Shown here piece after piece: positions 18,049 through 28,464 of a stretch of DNA of 28,638 nt (positions are counted from its first letter, which is position 1; each line of letters opens with the position of its first letter). Origin of the DNA: Opitutales bacterium. GTDB taxonomy: Bacteria > Verrucomicrobiota > Verrucomicrobiia > Opitutales > UBA953. Location: NCBI GenBank assembly GCA_040398005.1, contig JBBAUX010000011.1:1-28638 (forward strand). The letters are read 5' to 3'. Below the pieces are notes generated by a model that saw only the letters and a list, made by a program, of their open reading frames with translations, had not been told where the DNA came from and searched no databases. The translations under genes were made by a program, and so were the position numbers.

Positions 18049-21000
18049 ATGCTACAAGTACGTAATAACTTCGGAAAACTCACTGAGGTAATCCCACCTC
18101 CTAATCTTATCGAGAATCAAATCTCTTCTTACCGAGAGTTTTTACAGCTCGATAAGAGTTCGGGTGCGCTCGACAAATTAGGTCTCAACGCGGTCTTCCA
18201 CGAGGCTTTCCCCATCTCCAGCAACAACGGAAATTTCAGTCTCGAGTATCAAGGTTATAGCTTAATTTTCCCAAAGACCACGGAGTTAGAATGTATCCGC
18301 GAAGGCATCAGTTATGCCGTCACGGTAATGCTTAAATTACGTCTCTCCGAAAAGAGCACCTTTAAAGACGAAGAAATTATGATGGGCGAAATCCCTATGA
18401 TCACCGAGCGTGGTTCCTTTATCGTGAATGGTGCTGAACGTGTCGTGGTTTCCCAATTACACCGCAGCCCTGGTATTTGCTTCGAAGAATCTCAGCACAC
18501 CAGCGGAAAACAATTACACGCCTTCCGCATTATTCCTGATCGCGGAACCTGGATCGAAGTTCAATTCGACCAAAACGATTTACTTTGGGTTTACCTCGAT
18601 CGCCGTCGCCGTCGCCGTAAATTCTTAGTCACCACTTTACTCCGCGCCTTTGGTTATAAAGACGACAAGGACATCCTGAGCCTCTTCTACGCCAGCAAGG
18701 AATACACTGCCGAGAGCGCACTTAAACTGGAGCCAGAGAGATTAGCTAATTTAGTTTATGCTGATCACATCGTGGATGTTGATACCAACACCAGCAAAGT
18801 GATCGCTAAACAATACGATAAACTTTCACGCGAAACTCTGAAAGAAATTCACAAGCAATTACCTAAACAAAAGTTTAGCGTCTTTGACACGAGCTTTGAT
18901 GACGGTGCCGTGATTCTCTCACTCCGTAAGGACATCAGTGCCGTTCGTAACGAAGAAGAAGCTCTTAAAGAAATCTTCCGTAAGTTACGCCCCGGTGAGC
19001 CAGTGAACGTGAAGAACGCCCGTGCTCACATGCAACGCCTCTTCCAAGATCCTCTGCGTTATGATTTAGGTCGCGTCGGTCGTTATAAACTTAATCAGAA
19101 ATTAAGTCTGAAAACTTCGATCGATACTCGTATCATCACCCCTGAAGACATTGTTGCCGCTACCAAACTCCTTTGCGAACTCCGCAAAAAAGATGGTCCA
19201 GTCGATGACATTGACCACTTGGGTAGCCGTCGTGTTCGTAACGTGGGTGAGTTACTAGCTAACCAATGCCGTGCCGGTCTGAAGAATGTGATCAAGACCG
19301 TCAAAGCTCGTATCAATGAATACGATCAGAGTGTTGATTCCATCACTCCTCAAAAATTAGTTAACCCCAAGCCTTTCGCTAATTTAATTCGCGAGTTCTT
19401 CCAACGTAGCCAACTCAGCCAGTTGATGGACCAAATCAATCCGCTGTCCGAGTTAACCCACAAGCGTCGACTTTCCGCCCTCGGTCCTGGAGGTTTAAAT
19501 CGCGATCGTGCTGGTTTCGAAGTCCGCGACGTTCACCCTTCGCACTACGGTCGTATCTGTCCGATTGAGACCCCTGAAGGTCCCAATATCGGCTTAATTA
19601 ATTCACTCTCCACCTACTCACGTATTAATGAGTTTGGTTTTATCGAAGCGCCTTATCGTAAGGTTGTTCGCGGTAAAGTGACCAACACCGTGGAATACAT
19701 GACGGCTGACCAAGAAGAAAAATTCAAGGTAGCTCAAGCGAACTCTGAACTCGATGCCGCTGGAAATCTTAAAGGCAAAGTTACCGTTCGTTACCGTGAT
19801 GACATTTTAGAAGAAGATCCGGACTCCGTGGATTACATGGACGTTTCTCCGCAGCAGGTTGTTTCGGTGGCTGCCGGATTAATTCCTTTCCTGGAGCACG
19901 ATGACGCGAATCGCGCACTCATGGGTTCGAACATGCAACGCCAAGGTGTACCTTTGGTGATTACCGAATCTCCTTACGTAGGCACTGGTTTGGAACGCCG
20001 TGTGGCAATCGACTCGAAGACGGTTGTTGTTGCTGAAGGTGTTGGAATCGTGGCCGCCGCTGATGCACGTCGCATCGTGACGACCAAGGATGGCGAGATT
20101 TCTCCTGGCCAACTTGAAAGTAAAAAATTCAAGAGCGATCCTGCGAAAGGTCTCTTCGTTTACGATCTTCGTAAATTCTTAAAGACCAACGCATCGACCT
20201 GTTTCAATCAACGTCCGCTCGTTCGTCGTGGCGATAAGGTGAAAACCGGTGATATTATTGCCGATGGTGCTGCCACCGATAAAGGTGAGCTCGCCTTAGG
20301 TCGTAACGTCCTTGTCGGCTTCATGCCATGGAACGGTTACAACTTCGAAGATGCTATTCTTCTCTCTGAGCGTTTACTGAAAGACGACGTCTTTACTTCG
20401 ATTCACATTGAAGAATTCGAAGTCACTGCTCGTGATACGAAACTCGGGCCTGAACAAATTACGCGCGATATTCCTAATCTTGGTGAAGATGCTTTACGCA
20501 ATCTGAACCGCGATGGCGTTATCCGCATTGGTGCTGAAGTTAAACCGGACGATATTCTCGTCGGTAAAATCACTCCTAAGAGTGAAGGGGACTTAGCTCC
20601 GGAAGAAAAACTTCTCCGGGCAATCTTCGGTGAAAAAGCTCGTGATGTAAAAGATACTTCTCTCCGCGTACCTTCGGGTATTTCCGGTATCATCATGGAC
20701 GTGAAGGTTTCTTCACGTACGGATAAGGATGATGGTCGCCTTTCGCCCAACGATCAGCGCCGCGCCCTGAAGAAAGTTAACGAAGAATACCGCACTCAAG
20801 AATCTCGTCTTCGCGAAGAGATGACCGAGTCGCTCTCCAATATTTTACTCGGCGAGAAAATTCCTCTCGACGTCAAAAATTCCGAAACGGGTGAAGCGAT
20901 CATTCCTGCTAATCGCAAGATTACCAAGACTTTGCTCCGCCGCCTGGCTTCTGTTTCTCGCACCATCGAGATGAACGATTCTCCAGTGAAGCAGAAGATT

Positions 21001-21849
21001 CGCCAAATCGTTGATGGCTACCACCGCAAATTCGATGAGCTTGATCAAGAGCGTACCCGTAAAGTGGAATCGATTGAACAAGGTATCGACGAAGGTGGCG
21101 CGATTAAGAACGTCAAAGTTTTCATCGCGACCAAGCGTAAGATTCAAGTCGGTGACAAGATGGCCGGCCGTCACGGAAATAAAGGTGTCGTCGCCCGTAT
21201 TGTTCCGGTTGAAGACATGCCCTTCTTATCTGACGGTACTCCCGTAGATATCTGTCTGAACCCTCTCGGCGTTCCTTCTCGTATGAACGTAGGTCAGGTT
21301 TTAGAAACTCACTTAGGTTGGGCCTGTTCCAAGCTAGGATTAAAAGTAGCTACTCCGATCTTCGACGGTATTCCCGAAAAACAAATTCGTGAATACTTGA
21401 AGCAAGCAAACCTTCCTGAGACCGGTAAAGCGATGTTGGTGAACGGTCACACCGGTGAAGCTTTCGACCAAGACGTCGTGGTTGGTCACATCTACATGAT
21501 GAAACTTAATCACTTAGTCGCGGACAAGATTCACGCTCGTGCAACCGGTCCTTACAGCCTCATCACGCAACAGCCTCTCGGTGGTAAAGCCCAGTACGGT
21601 GGCCAACGTTTCGGTGAAATGGAAGTTTGGGCACTCGAAGCTTACGGTGCTGCTTACACTCTCCAAGAGCTTCTTACCGTTAAGTCTGACGACGTCGCAG
21701 GACGTACTAAGATTTATGAACAACTCGTTAAAGGTGACAACACCCTCGTCAGTGGTACTCCGCAATCTTTCAACGTTCTGATGAAAGAAATGCAGGCCCT
21801 CTGCTTGGATGTTCGCCTCGGATCCACCACTCCTACCGAGCGTAACTAA
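18049..21849 (+). CDS. rpoB: DNA-directed RNA polymerase subunit beta
   Basis: [62 protein letters not shown] and [19 protein letters not shown]. Confidence 0.99.
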   Translation: MLQVRNNFGKLTEVIPPPNLIENQISSYREFLQLDKSSGALDKLGLNAVFHEAFPISSNNGNFSLEYQGYSLIFPKTTELECIREGISYAVTVMLKLRLSEKSTFKDEEIMMGEIPMITERGSFIVNGAERVVVSQLHRSPGICFEESQHTSGKQLHAFRIIPDRGTWIEVQFDQNDLLWVYLDRRRRRRKFLVTTLLRAFGYKDDKDILSLFYASKEYTAESALKLEPERLANLVYADHIVDVDTNTSKVIAKQYDKLSRETLKEIHKQLPKQKFSVFDTSFDDGAVILSLRKDISAVRNEEEALKEIFRKLRPGEPVNVKNARAHMQRLFQDPLRYDLGRVGRYKLNQKLSLKTSIDTRIITPEDIVAATKLLCELRKKDGPVDDIDHLGSRRVRNVGELLANQCRAGLKNVIKTVKARINEYDQSVDSITPQKLVNPKPFANLIREFFQRSQLSQLMDQINPLSELTHKRRLSALGPGGLNRDRAGFEVRDVHPSHYGRICPIETPEGPNIGLINSLSTYSRINEFGFIEAPYRKVVRGKVTNTVEYMTADQEEKFKVAQANSELDAAGNLKGKVTVRYRDDILEEDPDSVDYMDVSPQQVVSVAAGLIPFLEHDDANRALMGSNMQRQGVPLVITESPYVGTGLERRVAIDSKTVVVAEGVGIVAAADARRIVTTKDGEISPGQLESKKFKSDPAKGLFVYDLRKFLKTNASTCFNQRPLVRRGDKVKTGDIIADGAATDKGELALGRNVLVGFMPWNGYNFEDAILLSERLLKDDVFTSIHIEEFEVTARDTKLGPEQITRDIPNLGEDALRNLNRDGVIRIGAEVKPDDILVGKITPKSEGDLAPEEKLLRAIFGEKARDVKDTSLRVPSGISGIIMDVKVSSRTDKDDGRLSPNDQRRALKKVNEEYRTQESRLREEMTESLSNILLGEKIPLDVKNSETGEAIIPANRKITKTLLRRLASVSRTIEMNDSPVKQKIRQIVDGYHRKFDELDQERTRKVESIEQGIDEGGAIKNVKVFIATKRKIQVGDKMAGRHGNKGVVARIVPVEDMPFLSDGTPVDICLNPLGVPSRMNVGQVLETHLGWACSKLGLKVATPIFDGIPEKQIREYLKQANLPETGKAMLVNGHTGEAFDQDVVVGHIYMMKLNHLVADKIHARATGPYSLITQQPLGGKAQYGGQRFGEMEVWALEAYGAAYTLQELLTVKSDDVAGRTKIYEQLVKGDNTLVSGTPQSFNVLMKEMQALCLDVRLGSTTPTERN

Positions 21850-21878
21850 TCACTAAAAACTCAAACAACCTTACCTAC

Positions 21879-24800
21879 ATGATTCACCCGGAACATTCCC
21901 CTGAGTTTACCGCCAACGAAGCCAAGGAGCAGTCCTTCGACTTCGTTTCTATCTCGATCGCTTCACCCGAAGAAATTGTCGCCTGGACCGGAGAGCAGTT
22001 CCTCGACGAACTGGACGAGCACGGAAATCGCAAAGTAAAAGGACTCAAAGAAGTTAAGAGCCCTGAAACGATTAACTATCGCTCATTCAAGCCTGAGCCT
22101 AACGGTCTTTTCTGTCAGCGTATTTTCGGACCTGTCCGTGACTACGAGTGCTATTGCGGAAAATACAAAAAAGTTAAATATAAAGACGTCGTTTGTGATA
22201 AGTGCGGCGTTGAAGTAACCGTCTCCCGCGTTCGTCGCGAACGCATGGGTTACATTCGCATGGCGATCCCTGTTTCGCACATTTGGTTCTTAAAGAGCAT
22301 GCCTAGCCGTTTATCGCTGATGCTCGACATGACCACTCGTCAGTTAGAACAAGTCATCTACTACCAAAAATACTTAGTGGTCGATCCTGGTCAGACTGGC
22401 ATGGTTGAAAAAGAATTATTAGATGAAGAAGGTTACCGTAAAGCGGTTGAGACTCACGGTCCTGACGCGTTCAAAGCGCGTATGGGTGCAGAAGCTCTCC
22501 AGCAATTACTGAAGAAGATGGATTTAGCGGCGACCGTTGAAGGTTTACGCGATCAACTTCGCTCCACTCGCTCGAAGCAAATCAAGAAGAAGATCGCTCG
22601 TCGTATGAAGATTATCCAAGGCTTCTTGGCCTCTGGAAAACGTCCTGAGCACATGATCTTAACGGTACTCCCCGTTATTCCTCCTGACTTACGTCCTTTA
22701 GTTCCTTTAGAAGGCGGTCGCTTTGCGACTTCTGACTTAAACGATCTCTATCGTCGCGTCATCAATCGTAACAACCGATTGAAGCAACTCATCCAGATGA
22801 AAACGCCTGACGTAATCATCCATAATGAAATGCGTATGTTACAAGAAGCCGTGGATGCACTCTTGGACAATGGTCGTCACGGTAAGCCCGTTAAAGATCG
22901 CGATCGTCAGCTCAAATCCATCAGCGACATGTTGAAGGGTAAGCATGGACGTTTCCGTCAAAATCTTTTAGGTAAGCGCGTCGATTACTCCGGTCGTTCC
23001 GTCATCGTGATCGGTCCTGAATTAAAACTCAATCAGTGCGGTCTTCCTAAGAAGATGGCGCTCGTTTTATTCGAACCTTTCATTATTCGCCGCCTCAAAG
23101 ATCTTGGCTTTGCGCACACCGTTCGCGGTGCACGTAAGCATATTGAACAAAAGAAGCCTGAGGTTTGGGATATTTTAGAAGAAGTGACTAAAGGTCACCC
23201 TGTCTTCTTAAATCGTGCACCAACCCTGCACCGTCTTTCGATTCAGGCTTTCGAGCCTGTGCTCATCGAAGGTGATGCGATTCGTTTACACCCACTCGTT
23301 TGTACGGCGTACAATGCTGACTTCGACGGTGACCAAATGGCCGTTCACGTTCCGCTTTCACTGGAAGCTATCATGGAGTGTAAGCTCTTGATGATGTCCA
23401 CGAACAACATCTTCTCACCTTCAAGCGGTAAGCCGATCTTAACTCCATCCCAAGATATTGTGTTGGGTGCTTATTACCTGACGCTTGAACCTGCGAATAA
23501 GCCTAAGAGCGAACAACACTTACCCGTGATTGGTTCAGTCGAAGAAGCTAATTACGCCGAAGCCGAAGGTGCGCTGCACTTCCACGATTGGGTACGTTAT
23601 GCGAATCCTGACTTAGGTCGCGACACGGTGCACGGCGACAAAAACGCTCGCACCATTGTGACGACAGTCGGTCGTATTATTTTTAATACCATTTGGCCTT
23701 CCGAACTCGGCTTCTTTAATGAGACCGTGAAGAAGGGTCAGTTGGGCGATTTAATTCTTAAGACATACAAGGCCGTTGGTAAGGAACTTTCTATTCCTGT
23801 TCTTGATGCTCTGAAGGACACAGGTTTCCGCGTCGCAACTAAAGCTGGTATTTCAATCGGTGTATCCGACATGATTTATCCGGCCGAAAAAGATGCCGTC
23901 GTGAAAGAAGCCACCATCAAGGTTCGCGAATACCAAAAGCAAAACGAAAGTGGTACCATCACCAATGATGAGCGCCGAAACAAGGTCGTTGATACCTGGT
24001 CTAGTGCGACTAACACGATTGCTCAGTCTGTTTATAACACCCTCGCCGAAGCTGCGAAAGTAGCAGGTGTTCGTAAGGGTGACCCTCGTCACACCCACCG
24101 GATGATCATTAATCCAGTTTACGCGATGATGGATTCTGGTGCGCGTGGTAATAAAGCCCAGGTTAAGCAGTTGTGCGGTGCGCGTGGTTTGATGGCTAAA
24201 CCTTCCGGTGAAATTATCGAACGCCCAATCTTATCTTCATTCCGTGAAGGCCTCTCCGTTCTCGAGTACTTTATCTCGACGCACGGTGCGCGTAAGGGTC
24301 TTTCGGATACAGCGCTGAAAACCGCTGACGCCGGTTACATGACACGTAAGTTGTGTGACGTGGCGATGGATGTGATTGTCACCGACAATCGTAATCTTTC
24401 ATCCGGTTCCGAAGTTATTCCATTAAGCGATGCGGCGATTGGCCGTCACGTTTCAATCGACGTTCCTAATCCATCCGGTGCAGTTAAGCCTTTAATTAAA
24501 GCTGATACAACACTGACGGAAGAGATGGTCGCGAAGTTGCGCGATGCGGGTGTTGATCGTGTAGCCGTGCGTCTCCCTAATGGTGTTTGGAAATCCACGA
24601 TTTATGACGGTGACGAAATTCTCGTTCCTTTGGCTGACCGCATCATCGGTCGTTGCCCATCGGATGACGTCGTCAACCCTCTCAATCCTTCCGAAGTTAT
24701 CGTAGCTGCGGGTGAACTCATCACTGAGGACATCGCTAAAGCTATCGAGAAGTCCGGTATCGATCGCGTTAAAGTTCTTTCGCCACTCACGCACATGCAC

Positions 24801-26216
24801 GTGAATGCAATTCCGCCTAAGTCGTACGGTCTCGATCCATCGACTGGTCGCATCGTAGAACGTGGTACTGCGGTTGGAATTATTGCTGCACAATCCATCG
24901 GTGAACCAGGTACTCAGTTAACTATGCGTACTTTCCACATTGGTGGTGTTGCTCAGTTAAAGACTCCTGAAATCAAAACCGAAATCAATGGTCACATTGA
25001 ATTCGTGGATCTTAACACGGTACCTCTGCATGATGCACTCGTTGCCGTTAACGGTACGGGCTTAATTCGAATCGTGGGTGAAGCTAATCAGCCCGCCAAA
25101 GAATATCGTATTCTCGCCGGTACGGTGATCAAGGTGAAGGACGGACAAGCAATCAAGAAAGACCAAATCATTGCTGCTTGGGATCCGAACAACACGCCGA
25201 TTCTCGCTAACGCAATCGGTAAGATTCGTCTCATTGATATGATCAATGGTGTGACTTACAATGAAGAGCGCGATACCGCTGCGAATAAATTCATCAAGAG
25301 CATCATCGAACACTCCGATGAACAAAATCCGCAAATCCAAATCGTAAATGAGAAGGGTGATAACCTCGGAACATTTTCGATTCCGGCCGGTGCTCGTGTC
25401 GTCGTCGAAGAAGGCACCGAAGTTGAAGTAGGAACCTTGCTCGCAAGAATTCCACGTCAGGCTGCGAAGACTCAAGATATTACTGCTGGTTTACCGCGTA
25501 TTTCCGAACTCTTTGAAGCTCGTCCTCCCAAGGATGCTGCTGAAATTGCGAAGATCGATGGCGAGGTTGAATTCCAACCTTCCGTTCGCGGTAAGAAGCG
25601 CTTGGTCATCAAAGATTCCATCGGTCGCGAAGAAGAACACTTAATTCCTCACGGTAAACACATCAACGTGGTTGCTGGCGAAAAAGTTAAGCAAGGCCAG
25701 CCGCTCACGGATGGTGCCGTCGACCCTCACGATATCTTGGATATTCTCGGTCAATCGCGTGTACAGGATTACCTCATCACCGAAATTCAAAAAGTTTACC
25801 GTTCACAGGGTGTTGTCATTAACGACAAGCACATTGAAATCATCGTAGCTCGAATGCTCCGCAAGGTACGCATTACCGAGCCGGGTGATTCTGATTACTT
25901 GTGGGGCGAACACGTCGATCGTAGCACGCTCGCAGCAGTGAATCGTTCGATTCATGAACGCGGTGGTCAGATCGCCGAATACGAACCCATCCTTCTGGGT
26001 ATCACCAAAGCATCGCTTGAGACTGAGTCCTTCATCTCGGCCGCTTCTTTCCAAGAAACCACCCGTGTTCTGACCGATGCAGCTACCATGGCTCGTCGCG
26101 ATCCATTGACTGGATTCAAGGAAAATGTGATTATGGGACACCTCGTCCCAGCGGGTACCGGACTACCTATGTATCGTAAGATTAAGGTAACCCCGACCGA
26201 ACTCGCTGCTGAGTAG
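21879..26216 (+). CDS. rpoC: DNA-directed RNA polymerase subunit beta'
   Basis: Intact N-terminal Zn ribbon (CYC...CDKC), catalytic NADFDGD, bridge helix [17 protein letters not shown], trigger loop [15 protein letters not shown] and [12 protein letters not shown]. Confidence 0.99.
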   Translation: MIHPEHSPEFTANEAKEQSFDFVSISIASPEEIVAWTGEQFLDELDEHGNRKVKGLKEVKSPETINYRSFKPEPNGLFCQRIFGPVRDYECYCGKYKKVKYKDVVCDKCGVEVTVSRVRRERMGYIRMAIPVSHIWFLKSMPSRLSLMLDMTTRQLEQVIYYQKYLVVDPGQTGMVEKELLDEEGYRKAVETHGPDAFKARMGAEALQQLLKKMDLAATVEGLRDQLRSTRSKQIKKKIARRMKIIQGFLASGKRPEHMILTVLPVIPPDLRPLVPLEGGRFATSDLNDLYRRVINRNNRLKQLIQMKTPDVIIHNEMRMLQEAVDALLDNGRHGKPVKDRDRQLKSISDMLKGKHGRFRQNLLGKRVDYSGRSVIVIGPELKLNQCGLPKKMALVLFEPFIIRRLKDLGFAHTVRGARKHIEQKKPEVWDILEEVTKGHPVFLNRAPTLHRLSIQAFEPVLIEGDAIRLHPLVCTAYNADFDGDQMAVHVPLSLEAIMECKLLMMSTNNIFSPSSGKPILTPSQDIVLGAYYLTLEPANKPKSEQHLPVIGSVEEANYAEAEGALHFHDWVRYANPDLGRDTVHGDKNARTIVTTVGRIIFNTIWPSELGFFNETVKKGQLGDLILKTYKAVGKELSIPVLDALKDTGFRVATKAGISIGVSDMIYPAEKDAVVKEATIKVREYQKQNESGTITNDERRNKVVDTWSSATNTIAQSVYNTLAEAAKVAGVRKGDPRHTHRMIINPVYAMMDSGARGNKAQVKQLCGARGLMAKPSGEIIERPILSSFREGLSVLEYFISTHGARKGLSDTALKTADAGYMTRKLCDVAMDVIVTDNRNLSSGSEVIPLSDAAIGRHVSIDVPNPSGAVKPLIKADTTLTEEMVAKLRDAGVDRVAVRLPNGVWKSTIYDGDEILVPLADRIIGRCPSDDVVNPLNPSEVIVAAGELITEDIAKAIEKSGIDRVKVLSPLTHMHVNAIPPKSYGLDPSTGRIVERGTAVGIIAAQSIGEPGTQLTMRTFHIGGVAQLKTPEIKTEINGHIEFVDLNTVPLHDALVAVNGTGLIRIVGEANQPAKEYRILAGTVIKVKDGQAIKKDQIIAAWDPNNTPILANAIGKIRLIDMINGVTYNEERDTAANKFIKSIIEHSDEQNPQIQIVNEKGDNLGTFSIPAGARVVVEEGTEVEVGTLLARIPRQAAKTQDITAGLPRISELFEARPPKDAAEIAKIDGEVEFQPSVRGKKRLVIKDSIGREEEHLIPHGKHINVVAGEKVKQGQPLTDGAVDPHDILDILGQSRVQDYLITEIQKVYRSQGVVINDKHIEIIVARMLRKVRITEPGDSDYLWGEHVDRSTLAAVNRSIHERGGQIAEYEPILLGITKASLETESFISAASFQETTRVLTDAATMARRDPLTGFKENVIMGHLVPAGTGLPMYRKIKVTPTELAAE

Positions 26217-26248
26217 TAAGTAAGTAACTAATACACAGTTACTTATGT

Positions 26249-26283
26249 AAATAGGCGTACTTAAATGTACGCCTATTTTGTTT
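26249..26283 (+). terminator. Intrinsic terminator after rpoC
   Basis: Perfect 12-bp inverted repeat AAATAGGCGTAC-ttaaat-GTACGCCTATTT followed by TGTTT. Confidence 0.85.
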
Positions 26284-26351
26284 ATCCCTTTCTTTGTTGA
26301 GATTAGCCTTTAAATTGGAATTATTCTGAACTTCTAACCTAGCCTAAATTT

Positions 26352-27677
26352 ATGCCTAAAACGAAGTTTTTCTTAGCCGCCGCTACCTTGCTCGGCACTA
26401 CTGCGTTCGTCAGTGCCGCAACTATTTTTCCGACCTCTCCCTTGATCCAGATTGGCGATGATACCGACATATTTTTCAACGGCGCCTTGTCTTTTGATTT
26501 TAAGGATAATTTGTACTCCGTTGTTGATAAAAAATCTGCGGCATTAATGACTTTTACGCCTGGGTTCGATTTGCTTTATGCCAAAGACAGCCCTCTCTCC
26601 GCAAATTTGAAGGCCTCACGATCTTTCTTACGTTACAATAAATCTGAATATAAAGATTTAGAACAAGGTCAGAGTAATATTAGCGCGAGTGCGAATTATG
26701 AGACTGGCGGACCCTTGGTTGTTGGAGTTTCTACCTCTTATAATGAGTCCGCCCGAAACGATAATTTGGCCAGTATTTTAGGGGCGGATAGCGGTAAAGT
26801 TCTCGGTGCTACTTTGGTGCGTCAGGCTAATTATTCTCACTCATTGAATATTGGGTATAAGCTCAGCGAAAAGTTGAACCTAAAAGTAGGCTTTATCAAT
26901 TCCTACAATCACTACTTAAACCCCGTTAAGACTAGCACAACGACAGTAGCTCCAATCACCCTCATTGAAACTACGGACATTGCCTATAACACAAATACTC
27001 TGAGTGAAATTAACACCAAATCGATTCCAATCAGTATTACTTATAAGACCCCTAGCGAAAAATTGGAGTACGGATTGAATTTTACGCATGATTTAAGCAA
27101 CTACTCGGCCGCACCTTACTTCCATACAAAGCAACAAACATTACCTCTGCTGCCAGGAGTTACGACTATACCCCGTCCACCTGGACAACAAAAATTTACC
27201 AAGGATTTCGTCGGCTTAACTGTAAACGGACAGCCTACTTCTTCCGGCAAGATTCGCATCACCACCAGTCTTGGTTATTTCAGTTCTGATTTAGATGGAG
27301 TGTCGAACAACGGTCTGTCGTACAATTTGACAGTTTCACATAACTTAACCGAAAAATTTACTCACGAACTTAATTTAGTTCATGATGTATCGGCTTCCGC
27401 AGCTGGTGGATCAATCAAGAACGACACTATCGGTTATACCGTGTCCTATGCCTTATTAGAAAATGTTGCGCTCAGTTTTCACGCATTAAAATCTAAGGCC
27501 GTCTCAGGTACCACCCAAGTTGACTCACTAGACTTTAACGCGGGTGTTAATTGGGAGTACAATAAATACATCAGATTTGCTGCCAAGGTTGATGCTCTAG
27601 ATTCCAAAGTTAAGAACTCGCCCGCCTCCAATTTTAAAGCGAATTCCATCAATCTTTCGACCACTTTCCGTTATTAA
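26352..27677 (+). CDS. Outer-membrane beta-barrel protein, probably associated with polysaccharide export
   Basis: Signal peptide (MPKTKFFLAAATLLGTTAFVSA), many amphipathic strands with aromatic ends (LNIGYKL, YNLTVSH, AGVNWEYN), C-terminal BAM-type signal NLSTTFRY; directly upstream of an OPX gene. Confidence 0.75.
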   Translation: MPKTKFFLAAATLLGTTAFVSAATIFPTSPLIQIGDDTDIFFNGALSFDFKDNLYSVVDKKSAALMTFTPGFDLLYAKDSPLSANLKASRSFLRYNKSEYKDLEQGQSNISASANYETGGPLVVGVSTSYNESARNDNLASILGADSGKVLGATLVRQANYSHSLNIGYKLSEKLNLKVGFINSYNHYLNPVKTSTTTVAPITLIETTDIAYNTNTLSEINTKSIPISITYKTPSEKLEYGLNFTHDLSNYSAAPYFHTKQQTLPLLPGVTTIPRPPGQQKFTKDFVGLTVNGQPTSSGKIRITTSLGYFSSDLDGVSNNGLSYNLTVSHNLTEKFTHELNLVHDVSASAAGGSIKNDTIGYTVSYALLENVALSFHALKSKAVSGTTQVDSLDFNAGVNWEYNKYIRFAAKVDALDSKVKNSPASNFKANSINLSTTFRY

Positions 27678-27714
27678 AAAATCTTACGTAGGCCAACCCC
27701 TCAGCAGATTTTTT

Positions 27715-28461
27715 ATGTTAGATTGTCCGACCCCTTTCATCCGAAAATACACTGCGTTAGTTTGTGTTTTTATTTTCGGACTGGGCGTGATTCGTCTTTC
27801 CGCTGAAATTTTAGAATTAGGTCGAGTGTCGAAGCCACCCGCACCGGAAGTTGCTAACGAAATTGTGGCAAGTTCACCCGTGGATACAGCTGCAAATGCC
27901 TCCGTGACTACCAAGCCGGCGGGCAAGGACGAGGTAAAAGCCGACCCCGCTCTTACTAAAACTTCCTACCGCCTACGTTCTCGCGATTTTATCCGTGTCG
28001 GCGTCATCAATGAAAACGACACCGTGATTGAGCGGCGAATCAATCCTGATGGTACCATCGACGTCCCTTTTTTAAAACAACTTGTGCCCGTGGCTGGTTT
28101 AACGATTACCGAGGCACAGGATTTACTAACGAAACGCTTTAGCCGCTATTTCAAACAACCTCAGCTAATTATTGCGATTGTCGGCTATGCAGAACGACGG
28201 GTTTATATTTCTGGTTATGTGGGTCGTGCGGGTCCCGTAACAATCCCGCCAGAAGAGAATCTTACTCTAGGTAAAGCTCTCTCTATTGCCGGTGGTATTC
28301 AGGCGCGTGGACGTCGATCCGATGTTGCGATTAAACGACTGAAACCCGACGGAGAGACTGAAGTCATCTTAAAAGATATGCGTAAAATTGATTCGGGCGA
28401 CGAGCCCGATTTTATCCTTCAAGATGAAGACGCTATTTATGTAGAAGATAGTCGCTTTTAA
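27715..28461 (+). CDS. Polysaccharide export protein (OPX/Wza family), short Poly_export + SLBB form
   Basis: PES-type domain YRLRSRD.IRVGV..E.D.....INPDGTIDVPFL...VAGLT..EA...YFKQPQ; SLBB domain VYISGYVGRAG...LTLGKALSIAGG; ends LQDEDAIYVEDSRF. Confidence 0.9.
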   Translation: MLDCPTPFIRKYTALVCVFIFGLGVIRLSAEILELGRVSKPPAPEVANEIVASSPVDTAANASVTTKPAGKDEVKADPALTKTSYRLRSRDFIRVGVINENDTVIERRINPDGTIDVPFLKQLVPVAGLTITEAQDLLTKRFSRYFKQPQLIIAIVGYAERRVYISGYVGRAGPVTIPPEENLTLGKALSIAGGIQARGRRSDVAIKRLKPDGETEVILKDMRKIDSGDEPDFILQDEDAIYVEDSRF

Positions 28462-28464
28462 TTC

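Noticed and set aside
18601..18618. (CGCCGT)3 repeat encoding six Arg in RpoB
   Set aside because: In frame, and from recollection it matches a basic motif of PVC RpoB proteins; not a contingency repeat.
18049..26216. Intein or intron in rpoB/rpoC, or an rpoBC fusion
   Set aside because: Both ORFs are continuous and separately terminated; the insertions are short and lack intein splice motifs (C/S...HN-C/S/T).
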